Below are positions 12,245 through 23,400 of a DNA stretch of 64,000 nt, in pieces. Positions within the stretch are counted from its first letter, which is position 1. The number at the start of each line of letters is the position of its first letter. The stretch spans positions 2,046,001 through 2,110,000 of the forward strand of contig MU062262.1 of the NCBI GenBank assembly GCA_013265495.1, written 5' to 3'. The notes beneath the pieces were generated by a model. The model made no database searches. It was given only the letters and a program-made list of their open reading frames with translations, and had not been told where the DNA came from. The translations under genes were made by a program, and so were the position numbers. The DNA comes from Vicugna vicugna (Eukaryota).

Positions 12245-13849
12245 TTGCCATGCCAGCTGCTTCAGTGATTCATCTCAAAACTGCTATCAAGAAACAAAGT
12301 CCATTTTTCTCCCTCTTATCAATCACCTTAAACTTCTCTTTGAAGTAAAGCCAGAAAGTTCACTGGAGTCATTTTCCCGGTTGCTGGAAATCCCATCACT
12401 GTATTTTCACATCAGGATTCTCAAGCTGCCAGCTCTGTTCCTGAAGTAACAGGGGGACCACCTTCCTCCTTTTATCTTTGTTCATATGGTGAGGGAAGTA
12501 CATTAGGCAACACAGGAGTGTATTACCACCACACTTGTCTCCTTGGCATCGTTTATAGATTCTGCATCAACACTCAAGATCCTTGGTGATAATGAAGAGG
12601 ATAATTAGTCTATAATTAAAAGTTAACCACAAATCTATAAAAGAAATTTCAGCATATTGACACAGACTTTTCTTTAAGTGACATTTCTGTGCATAGTTAA
12701 TTAATTGCTGATCTCAAATTGGGTCACTGGAAATGTATTCTTCTGATCTCTAGTAATTTCTCATCAAGACACACTTTAAAAAAAAAATCAGATTGTATCT
12801 CCAAGTGCCTCTGTGCAGTTGAGCTGTACTGTAGTGGGAGAAAAGACAGACCACACAGGACACAATTAATATGTTTGTTAAAAAATGACCATGCTGTAAC
12901 TGAGGTGCCACTAGAGTCTACTTTGTGAGTGGCAGGACGTACTCACTTATCCTTCCTCAAAATGCATTTCCCTTCAATTCCTTTGGAAAGTCAATGAACC
13001 AGACACAGCTCAGATTCCACTGCAGAAACGTAAATTGTGATATTAACATACAAGATAAATAATGAGGAAAAAACCAGGAAGCCGTCCAGACTCTTTTTAT
13101 TCAGTATATTCATATAAATAAATACTATCTATAATATACGTACCTGTGAGACTGTACTAAGTCTTGACACATGGAAATCTAATGAAATTTTAATAGAAAA
13201 AAATGTGAGGATTGCTATGGAATTACACTGGTATTATATTTACTAATACTACATGCATTAGTTACAGTTAATACTCTTGCCATTACTGGCTAAACAAGAG
13301 TGTTGCACCTCTAATAATCTGCTGAGCAGGTTTCATAGAGATTTTCTATCAAGTAGGAATAAATAGTGAAATGCTTCCTAAGGTTCCAACTAGAGAGAGA
13401 AAGTAATGTTGGGATTGTGAGTTAAGCTTGAAGTAATGTTCATTTCTTGCATTACGTTCCAGCTTGAGTGACACAGCCATGGGCAGGCATGGGAGAGGAC
13501 CTTATTCTGTAGCCTGAGTAGTGGATGAAGAAGGATTGTCTATATAGTTGAACTGTGGATGTTGGCCCCTGATTCAGACCTAGTTCCATCCACCACCAAA
13601 GCCATTTGGACACCATGTCATGGTTCTCATGTTGTTAAACAGAGAGGTTCAGCAATAACCTATGCCCCACCCCTGGGCTGATGCACCAAGACTTCACAGC
13701 ATTGCTGGTGCTCATGTTCTGCAGTCCCACTCCTGCACCTGCACCCTGATGGGATGTTTCCCATGGGAAAGCCAAGCCTTTTCTGGACTCTTCCATGCCC
13801 TAGGAAAATGAAATTTTGGGCATTTTATAAAACTGGTATTGACCCATAC

Positions 13850-13975
13850 TAAGTATGAGGAAGTTGAGAGGCTCAGAAAATTTAGTAATCTATCATAGTA
13901 AGTAGATGGCAAAGTGGGGAGTCCAATCCAGGCTGACCTCAACATCCACATGCTAATCACACTACCTGTGTTCCT
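13850..13975 (-). mobile_element. MIR fragment
   Basis: tatgaggaagttgagaggctcagaaaatttagtaat...agatggcaaagtgggg. Confidence 0.6.
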
Positions 13976-13991
13976 GAGCTGTGGCCTAGAC

Positions 13992-14174
13992 CCCTGGTTC
14001 CTAGGCCAGACCGCACATCAGAAGCATCAGCAGGCTTATTAAAAACATAAGATTTCTGCACAGTCTTCCCTTTAATATTTTGACTTAGCAGATCTGGGGA
14101 AGAGCCATGGAATCGGATACATTTTTAAGTTCCCGCTGGTGGTTCTGACGGACACCCAGGGTCAGGAACTGCTG
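13992..14174. mobile_element. hAT-Charlie MITE, MER5B-like
   Basis: gcacatcagaagcatc...taaaaacataagatttctg...tttttaagttcccgctggtggttctgacggacacccagggtcaggaactgctg. Confidence 0.7.
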
Positions 14175-14204
14175 ATCTTGATCACTGCACCACACTAGGA
14201 ACTC

Positions 14205-14590
14205 AAACAGATTCATCCTTTGCTCCAACAAATATTTGTTGAATGCTGATCATCTACCAGATTCTGTTCTAGATGCTTGAAATACAGCAGGAAATAGAAC
14301 AATTAAAGTCCCTGCTCTTGTGAAACTTACACTCTAGTTGGAGGAGCCAGATAATGAAAAATTATATATGTATATGTGTGTATATCTTTCAAGCAGTGAT
14401 AAATGGTAAATAGAAAAACGAAGCATGGGATCTTCAGGAGACATTACAGTGTGCTGATGAAGAAGTTGAGCAAGTCTATGGGGAAAGTGATAGGATGTAA
14501 GTCTGGAGAGGATTCTCTGATGGAAGAAGTCGACAGATTCATGGACAGCTTCCAAATAGGTCGCTGCGAGAGACACTTCTGGAAGGGAAA
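14205..14590 (-). mobile_element. L2 3' end
   Basis: caacaaatatttgttgaatgctg...gtccctgctcttgtgaaacttacactctagttggagg. Confidence 0.75.
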
Positions 14591-16124
14591 TGAGGATGCT
14601 CTAATTTTTTTTCTCCAGCTGTTGTGGTGACTATAAAATAACAACACAATCTGCCCTTGTTGGGGAAGTATGCATCCTTGCATGTGGAATTCTGGGCCCT
14701 ACAAGCTCATCTCCACTTTGTCAGGCAGCAAGAGAGAATTAGCTCAGCAGTGCCAATGAAGAGCCACCCTCCGGAATCAAAGATAAAGTTCATTGCCCAA
14801 CTAAAGATCCTGAGGGTGTTTTTAATGCCATTTAGTTCTAAGCAGTGTGGAGAATCCTCCAGGTTTCCACACAGCAGCAAATTAATGTCAACAGAGTAGC
14901 TCACAAACAGATCTTGGGGCATATTCCTCCTGCCTCATGGCAGACCCAGAGCCCATGCACACCCAGTCAGCATCTTCTGCAAGCCAGAATCCTCCAAGAG
15001 TAAGTTCAGTGCTTCCCCATGGCATCTCCTGGGGAGTATTGGTAGTGAGCTTGATGCTTCAGATTTTCACTCAATTTCTCCCAGATCCTTGGGGTCTGTA
15101 GTCACCCCATACTAATGAAGAATTTTGCATAGTGTGCTTCCTCAAATTATTACAGGGCAAGATCAATGACAAACAGATTATTTTAGTCCACATTTACTCA
15201 AGGCTGTAGTAGGTGCATACACAGCTTCTCTGAGGTACTCTCAGAATTTAGGGAAAGGATCAGGGAAAGGTAAGCCTCTAAGAGAGATAGGAGCACACAA
15301 CATGGGGTGCATGTTTCACACAAAGTGCCTCACTGTCAGATGATTTCTAGTTATTTTGCTGAGGAGACTCACAGATTAGGATAGTCAACACATTGTCCCC
15401 AGGACTAAACTAGAACTTCAGAAAGAGTTAATCTAAGTAGTAACATTGCTCTCTGCCAACTTTAAGTGGATATGCTATGATAATAAAAGGGTGGTAGTCT
15501 TCATAGAAACTAGAGAAGGGGTAAATAGAGAGAAAGAGTAAATCTCTGTCTCCAGTCCTGTCCAAAGAAGAGCACTCTTTTCAGCTAGCACAAGCATCCA
15601 CTTAATCTTTACCTAGCTAGACTGGAAATGGGTGTGTCTGGCCTTCAAATCTTGATGTTAAAAAATAATTGAGGTCCCTTGACTCTGGCTCTGAGCTAAG
15701 CACATAGCAGTCCCAGAGGATTTGGACATTCATGGAGAAGAGAACACACTGAGCAGTTAGCCTAAGTATTCTGGGCTTCTTGAGAGTTTGATTTTTTTAA
15801 TTGCTGAATTCATAATTTCTCAGTATAAATTGGTCGCTTGCTATTTGACTATCATGAGTCAGTTCCAAAAGCCTGAAATATTCTGACTTGCGCAATTAGT
15901 CTTCTATACCACAAAGGGAAATATCCTGTCTGAGGGTAGCTGGTCTGTCTCTTTAATATCTTTCTTCCAAACTGTACTTGGGTTAGTAATTATGACCCAC
16001 CCCAAGGCAGTTTTAGACTCAATTATATATATATATATAAAATTTATAATATATCATTTATGTGTATATGCATATATACACATATACCAGTACATATATG
16101 TAAGATATATATACCATCAATATG

Positions 16125-16235
16125 TATACACTGAGTGATTCACACATTATAGAACAGTTAGCTAGTGGAAAAATTGGTATTACAATCCAGTTCTCCTGGT
16201 CATCTGGTTAAATATCCTTTGTATTATCTCTACCA
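16125..16235 (-). mobile_element. MIR3 fragment
   Basis: agtgattcacacattatagaacagttagctagtggaaaaattggtattacaatccag. Confidence 0.45.
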
Positions 16236-17210
16236 TACTATTATCACCCACTATTCACTTTTATTAAGTCCACTGGGTAAACAGTCTTGCCCAGAGATGT
16301 GTATGCCATGTTATTACTCTCAGTAATGTTATCTGAAAGTCAGCTGCAATGTAGATTCTCTACACCAAATAAGAAAGATTAATAAAGACTGTTGAGAAAA
16401 AGAAAATGACCACTTATATTTTTATCTTTATTTCAATCTTAGTTTCTATTCTGTAGTTGATTTCTCCACCATTTTTTTCCTTAATAAACTCATTTGCCAG
16501 TTCTATCTTTTGGACAAGTGTTTCTGCCATTTCTGTTTTTTTTTTCAAGTTATCTCAAATGTTTATTACCTTTTAGTGCAGAATTATTTTTCCCGAGATA
16601 CTTTTGTTTGTGGATATAAGCTCTTGGGTTATTTTAATGACTTGCCTCTCATAAGTTTGTTTCGATTTATGTCAGCAGCATCTCTTTCCCAATTAAACTA
16701 AGTCACCCCAAGGTTTCCAAGACCGTAAGATCAAACTTATTGATGACTTCAATTTTTAAGAGCCAATCTTCTCTTACTGCATGCAAAGCCTCAGCCCAGT
16801 AACAAGGTCATATTACAAAAGAAAAGCATAAAGTGACCTTTATAATGGATATTGTTGTGACAAGTTATTATAATCCACTGAGAGAATTGCAAGTGTGAAA
16901 TTTGCTTGGAGTTCTGCCATCAGCAACCTGCTTTAGATAAGCAACTGATTTAAATGGGACCAAAGTATCCAGTACATGAAAGATACAGTGAGTTGTTGTC
17001 CCACAAGAAAATGAAAATATGAATATGCCTTGAATGTTCCATGATAAAATCAACACTTAATGAATAAAGACAAACATACAGATCATCTTGAAGATGTAGA
17101 GTGATTTCCAGGATAGAGAGAATATTCTTATTAATAGTATTAACACATCTGGACTGTGAATGAGTCAAAGCAAAGGGGACTGTCTAACCATCAATATACA
17201 GAAAAGGAAT

Positions 17211-17371
17211 GCAGAGGGTATAGCTCAATGGTAGAGAATATGCTTAGCATGCACAAGGTCTTGGGTTCAAACACTGGTTCCTCCATTAATGAATAAAAAT
17301 AAATAAACCTAATTACCTTCCCCCACAAAAGAAGTTAAAAAAATAAAGATAAATAAAATTAAAAAACAAAA
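17211..17371 (+). mobile_element. Camelid tRNA-derived SINE (Vic-1/ALPINE-like)
   Basis: Head gagggtatagctcaatggtagagaatatgcttagcatgcacaaggtcttgggttcaaac has an A box (TAGCTCAATGG) and a B box (GGTTCAAAC). It is followed by the body aaataaacctaattaccttcccc and an A-rich tail. Confidence 0.85.
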
Positions 17372-17527
17372 CACTGAAGAGGGACTATTCAAAGCCAACA
17401 GTGCCCAGGAAGAAGGTGTGTCTCAGTGAATGTACATCATTTGATAGACAATATCCTGAGATGCTCTTAAAGCCCCACTGGCATAGCATTTTGCCAGTGT
17501 TCTCATCTTTAAAATGGAGATTAAGAG

Positions 17528-18065
17528 TGCTATGGCCCAGGACAAGTCACTCCAAAATTTAATTCAATGACATATTGATTATTTTGAATTTAAGTTACTT
17601 AAGAAACTGCCAATGCAAGAGAGACAATTTGATGCTCCTCTCTGTCTGAAAGGAGGAAATAAATCACTCATATGAAAGGTATACTTCCTACATCTGGAGG
17701 TAAGATACCCATATCACCAGAGATAAGGAATCTGGGGCCAAGAAGCCTGTATAAACAAACTTGGTTACTTCTTTAATTTACTACCCCAAGCTCACACTCT
17801 GTTTGGATTCTTCATTTATTAAGCCCCCAAAGCCTAAGTTTCTTTGTTCTGTCAATTCTCCACAAATCTATTGTTTCCTTGTCTGAAAAGCATAAAAGTT
17901 GTCTGCTTTGGTCAATTCTTAGGTCCTATTTTTCTGAGGCCACTGTGTACATGAATTAAAATTTGCTTCTTTAATGTCTTATTAATCTGTCTTATTTTAA
18001 TTTTATCGTTAGTCCAGCCACAAGTATTCAGGAGAGGTAGAGGGGAACTATTTCCCCTCCTAAAA
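17528..18065 (+). mobile_element. ERV1-class solo LTR, MER34-like
   Basis: gacatattgattattttgaatttaag, ctgtataaacaaacttgg, gcataaaag (TATA-like), attaaaatttgcttc...ttaatctgtctt and the end tttcccctcctaaa. 4-bp TSD AGAG at 17524-17527 and 18066-18069. It interrupts a MIR. Confidence 0.8.
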
Positions 18066-18199
18066 AGAGTATCAGCTTCACAACATTGTAATTAATTTCC
18101 CACGAAATCCTGTATTAAAATGAGAATGATCTGAATAATGGGTGTAAGTTCACAGTCTAAGTCTGCATTTCCCATAAGTCAATTGAGCACCTCTGTTGT

Positions 18200-18465
18200 G
18201 ATATTTGTCACTGTAATATACACCTCTATACTTACTTAATACTTATCTTGATAGCTCGCTTTAAAAAATTTAAATAGATTTAGATATAAATGAAGCATCA
18301 CTATCACAAGTATAAATCCTGTCACTTTTATAATTAGAATGTTATTATAAATTGATTATTAACTTAAATATCATTTTAATTAGTTAATTAAATATCATAA
18401 AAGTCTTTACCTCTAGTGCACCTAGAGGTCATTTCTATGCTGATGGAGTAAAATCATTCTAAAAC
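18200..18465. mobile_element. Possible ancient hAT-Charlie fragment (MER113-like)
   Basis: AT-rich atacttacttaata...atcactatcacaagt resembles the recalled MER113 consensus. Weak match. Confidence 0.25.
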
Positions 18466-18902
18466 CTTTCTTGCTACCCAAGGTGTGGTTCCTGGCCACA
18501 TCAATATCATCCGGGAGCTGGGACCAGCCCTGGGACACCCCAGGCTGGCAGCCAGCCATGACTGGACCTGGCCCCACACACCAGCAGGGTGACACCAGCC
18601 CCAGGACCTCCAAGCCAGGCAGACAGCCACGACAGGACCCATCCCCACCCACCAGTGGCTAGAAGCCTCCATACAAGCCAAGGCTTGACAGCCAGCCAGG
18701 GTGGAAACCAGCTTTGCTTACCAACATGCTCACAGCAATCAGCCCATGTAGGGGACACCTCTACATCATACAGCTCTGATGACCAGAAGAGAGTGTGCTG
18801 CTGGGCCTGATAGGATATCCTCTTTATAAGGCCTGTTCTCCAAGATCTGGAAACGTAACTAGCTTACCTGATACATACACATAGACACAGAGAATTAGGC
18901 AT

Positions 18903-19754
18903 ATGATGTGACAAAGGAATATATTCCAAATGAAGGAACAAGATAAAACCCTAGTAGGAGAACTAAGCAAAGTGGAGAAACATGATTAACCCAATAAAGA
19001 GTTCAAAGTCATAATATAAACATGCTCAACAAACTTGGGAGAAGGATGGATAAACAGACTGAGTTTAAAGAAAAATTAGAAAATGTGAAGAAGAACCAAA
19101 TAGAGCTGAAAATACAATAACTAAAATTTAAAAATACCCTGGAAGAAATCAACAGTAGATTAAATGACACAGAGAAATGAATAGATCAGAGAGCAAGAAA
19201 AGAAAGTAGTGGGAATCTCCCAAAGTGAAAAAAGGATTAAAAACCAAACAAGGACAGTTTCGGAGACCTCTGGGACAACGTAAAATGTAGTAACATTTGC
19301 ATTATAGGAATCCCAGGAGAAGAGGAAAGAGAGAAAGGGGCAAAGAACTTACTTGAAGTGGTAATAGCTGAGAACTTCCTGAACCTGGGAAAGGAAACAG
19401 GCATCCAGGTTGAGGAAGACATTTTGGTCTAGAGAGCCCCAAGAAAGGTCAATACAAAGATATTCACACCAAGACACATTGTAATTGAAATGGAAAAAAT
19501 TAAATATGAAAAAAATTCTTAAAAGCAGCAAAGAAAAAGCAATTAGTTATATACAAGGGAACTCCCATAGGACTGTCAGCTGACTTTTCAGAAGAAACTT
19601 TGGAGGCCAGAAGGATCTAGCATGATATGCTTAAAGTGATGAAAGCAAAAAACCTACAATCAAGGATACTCCACCCAGGAAGGCTGTCATTCAGATTTGA
19701 AGGAGACACCAATAGTTTTACACACAAGCAAAAGCTAAAAGAGTTCAGCACCAC
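18903..19754 (+). pseudogene. Decayed L1 ORF1p
   Basis: MM*QRNIFQMKEQDK (L1 MRRQRNMFQMKEQDK), coiled-coil region, RRM motifs (IIGIPGEE, PRHIVI) and CTD (NLQSRILHPGRLSFRFEG...KQKLKEFSTT). Multiple stops and frameshifts. Confidence 0.88.
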
Positions 19755-21110
19755 ACCATACACCATAAGTGATATTTATTGCTGGGATGCAAGGATAGTC
19801 CAACATTTGCAAATCAATCAGTACGATATACCACATTAACAAACTGAAGACAAAAATCATATGATCATCTCAATAGAGGCAAAAAAGGCTTCGATGACAT
19901 CCAACATTCATTTATGATAAAGATTCCCTACAAAATGGGTACAGAGGAAACATACCTCAACATAATAAAGGCCATGTATGACAGACTTACAGCCAACATC
20001 ACACTCAGTGATGAAAAGCTGAAAGCATTTCCTCTAAGATCAGGAACGAGAAAAGGATGTCTACTCTCCACTTTTATTCAACATAGTAGTAGAAGTCCTA
20101 GACACAACAAACAGACAAGAAAAAGAAATAAACAGAATCCCAATTTGGAAAGGAAGAAGTAAAACTCACTGCTTGATGATGACATGATGCTATACATAGA
20201 AAACCCTAAAGATGCCACCAAAAAACACCTAGAGCTCATCAATGAGTTTGGTAAAGTTGCAGAATAGAAAATTAGTACACATAAATCTGTTGCATTTCTA
20301 TATACTAACAACAAACTATCAGAAGTAGAAATTAAGAAAATAACCCCATATACAATTGCATCAAAAAGAATAAAATACCTAGGAATAAATCTAACTAAGG
20401 AGGTAAAAGTCCTGAAAACTAATATACTAATGAAAGAAATTAAAAATGACACAAATGGAAAGGTATACCATCCTCATGGATCAGAAGAATTAATATTGTT
20501 AAAATGATTATACTACCCAAGGCACTCTACAGATTCAATGTAATTTCTATCAAAATATCAATGAAATTTTTCACAGAACTAGAATATGCAGAAGAAAGAA
20601 GAAGACATGTAGATGGCCAACAGACACATGAAAAAAATGCTCAACATTGCTAATCATCAGGGAAATGCAAATCAAAACCACAATGAGGTATTACCTCACA
20701 CCTGTCACTGTGAATGACTGTTATTCAAAAGACAAAAGAAAGAAAATATCAATTGCTGTGGGGATGTGGAAAAAAGAAAATTCTTGTGCACTCTTGGTGG
20801 TAATATAAAATGATGCAGTCGCTGTGGAAAACAATATGGAGATTTCTTTAAAAACTAAGATTAGAACTACCATACAATCTAGCAATTTCACTTCTGTTAT
20901 TTTCCCAAAGAAAGCACACAAATTTGAAAAGATATTTGTGTCCCTATTTTATTTACATTATTTACATTATGTAGCATTATTTACAGTAACCAAGACATAG
21001 TAGCACTCTAAGTGCCCATCAATAGGTGAATAGACAAAGAAGATGTGGTATATGTATACAATGAAATATTACTCAGCTGTAAAAAATAACAAAATCTTGC
21101 CATTTGTGAC
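19755..21110 (+). pseudogene. Decayed L1 ORF2 remnant (RT block plus C-terminal block)
   Basis: MGTEETYLNIIKAMYDRLTANITLSDEKLKAFPLRSGTRKGC, a DDM motif at ~20176, and later [10 protein letters not shown] and QIKTTMRY-type C-terminal motifs. Disrupted. Confidence 0.9.
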
Positions 21111-23204
21111 AACATAGGTGGACCTAGAGGGTATTATGCTAAGTGAAATAAGTCAGAGAAAGACAGATACTATAAAATTTTCACTTATATGTGGCATCTT
21201 TAAAAAATGAATAAAACAAAACAGAAACAGAGTCATAGATACAGAGAACAAATAGGTGGTTGTCAGAAGGGAGTGGAGTCCTGGGATGAGAGAAATAGTT
21301 ATGGGAGATTAAGAGGTACAATATTCTAGTTACAAACTAAATGAGACACTGGAATGAAATATACGGTATGAGGAATATGGTCAATAACTATGTAATATCT
21401 TTGTGCTGTGACAGATTGTAACTAGACCTTATGGAGGTGATTGTTTTGTAATGTATGTAAATATCAAATCACTATGTTGGGTACCAGGAACTAACACAGT
21501 GTAGTAGGTCAGTTGTATTTCAAAAAACAGGCAACCAACCAACCAAACTCATGGAAAGAGAGATCAGATTTGTGGTTACCAGAGACTTGAGGTGGGAGGA
21601 GGGAAAATTGGATGAAGGTAATTAAATGTAGAAACTTCCAGTTATAAGGTAAATAAATACTAGAGCTGTCATGTACATGAGAAATATAATCAACACTACT
21701 GTATGTTACATATGAAAGTTGTTAAGAGATTAAATTCTAAGAGCTCTCATCACAAGGAAATTTTTTTTTCCTTTTCTATCTATATGAGATGATGGATGGT
21801 CACTAAACTTGTGGCCATCATTTCATGATGTGTATAAATCAAATCACTGTGCTGTATACCTTGAACTTACAAAGTGATGTGTGTCCATTATATCTCAATA
21901 AAACTGGAAGAAAAAAATCATCCAGCAGCTTGTTAGAAACATAGAACCTCAGAACCACCCTAGACCTGCTGGATGAGGACATTAACAAGATCCTTAGGTC
22001 ATTCATGAGCACTGTTCCAATAAGATTCCTTTCCTGACCCTAGGAACTTCCCTTTCCCACATTATCCCTCTAAATTCCACTTCCACTTCTTTTGCCTCCT
22101 TTATCCTTGCATTTATATAAATATATATGTGTATATATATCCCTTTTAGTATTTTGCTTTGTATGAAACATTTTATTTATAGTTTAAATACAGAGTGATG
22201 TAAATACTAACATGGGTCACTAATATTGATTTTATGTCCTACAATTACAATCTGATCCCCTACAAATACCACAAGTGGCATGCATATTACATTTGGGAAA
22301 ACAAAGCTAAAGCTCCTTGTTTCTGTGCTCTTGTTACCAAGCCTGTAGTCATTATAGGTCACTGGAGTCACAAACTGTGAAGGCCAGAAGTATATCTGTA
22401 TGTGCCAAGAAATACGTATTATATTCCCTTTGGCAGGGCTATTCCTGCACCAGAAAAGAGCACCTCAAGTTTTTTTTTAGTCATTGAACTCCTCTTAAGT
22501 TTATGCTTTATTATAATTCCCTGTTTACCAAGCAACCTCAACCAGTGAGTTGGTGGGAAATAATAAACCAGTCATGCTACCTGCATGGCAGAATATATAA
22601 ATTCCTACAAATTAATAAAACTGACATCCAGGTTTTTGTAGTAATCTCTAGAAACCTGGTTAATAAGCATGTGGAGACTTAGATATACTCTAGGTTTGTT
22701 GTCAAATCACATTTTTAAGGCTACAAGGCTTCAAGTCTCACTGTGAACTATAGTAAATGAACCAGGAAAATTCCATCTGGTGAAATCTGCTCTAAAGAGA
22801 TTGGCAACCATCCTCTTCTTGTCCTACTCTGACCACAAATGTGCTTTTCTTACAAATGGAAATACCAAATCTAGCTGGTTCTGAGATACGCCTACTGAAA
22901 AGAATAAATAATTCATCAGCTCTGAATCTCATATAGAAGTATCAACCTTCTTAAATTTTCAGTGCCTGGGCAATCCTAAAGTCTTTAGAGGCTGCAGCTC
23001 GCCAAAGGGCAGTCAGACCATCTAAGATACTCGTCCCAATCATCCTATTTTAAGCCACTTAAAGCAATAGGTCTTCATTGATTCCTGTATCCTAAGCAAG
23101 CTTCCTCTATTAAGGTGATGAATTCTGGAGGCTGGCAGATCTGAGCAATCCATCTGGGCTGCACCAGTGATAAACAGACACTAAGGAATGTAAATGAGGG
23201 TAGA

Positions 23205-23400
23205 AAAAGACTTTGAAGTCAAGAATCAGAGAACCTGAGAACGAGGAAAGACTCTGGAAATCAGTCAACCTAACCCCTTGGGAAACTGATGTCCAGAGAG
23301 ATGAAAATACTGGCCAGGGTCATTGAGTGGGTAATTAAGAACCAAAGGTGGAATGACAACCAGGCCTGGTGACAGAACTTTAACTGCTGTATATTCATCA
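23205..23400 (-). mobile_element. MIR3 fragment
   Basis: gaggaaagactctggaaatcagtcaacctaacccc...ggaaactgatgtccagagagatgaa...ggccagggtca. Confidence 0.6.

Larger units (their letters stand above)
18520..21916 (+). mobile_element. LINE-1 (L1MA9-lineage, laurasiatherian type), internally deleted, with 5' UTR remnant, ORF1, partial ORF2 and 3' UTR
   Basis: GC-rich 5' repeats, ORF1 from 18903, RT and C-terminal ORF2 blocks, and 3' end aataaaactggaagaaaaaaa. TSD atcatccgggagct (18506-18519) / atcatccagcagct (21917-21930), 12/14 identical. Confidence 0.93.
18468..22014 (+). mobile_element. MER5A1 MITE split by an L1 (pieces 18468-18519 and 21917-22014)
   Basis: Left piece ttgctacccaaggtgtggttcctgg...catc. 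Right piece gcagcttgttagaaac...tagacctgctg...attaacaagatccttaggtcattc...gagcactg. Confidence 0.82.

Noticed and set aside
13982-14008. Inverted repeat TGGCCTAG...CTAGGCCA
   Set aside because: An 8-bp stem at a MER5 boundary with no further structure.
14937-15005. Possible first coding exon MADPEPMHTQSASSASQNPPR followed by gtaagt
   Set aside because: Only 21 codons, a pyrimidine at -3 of the ATG, no recognisable protein and no supporting promoter. This is compatible with chance in 64 kb.
17211-17285. tRNA-like gene (Ala-type head with A and B boxes)
   Set aside because: It runs directly into a SINE body and A-rich tail, and the stems are degenerate. It is a SINE head, not a functional tRNA.
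18409-18429. Inverted repeat ACCTCTAG-TGCAC-CTAGAGGT
   Set aside because: An 8-bp stem that probably sits within an old DNA-transposon remnant. Several such stems are expected by chance.
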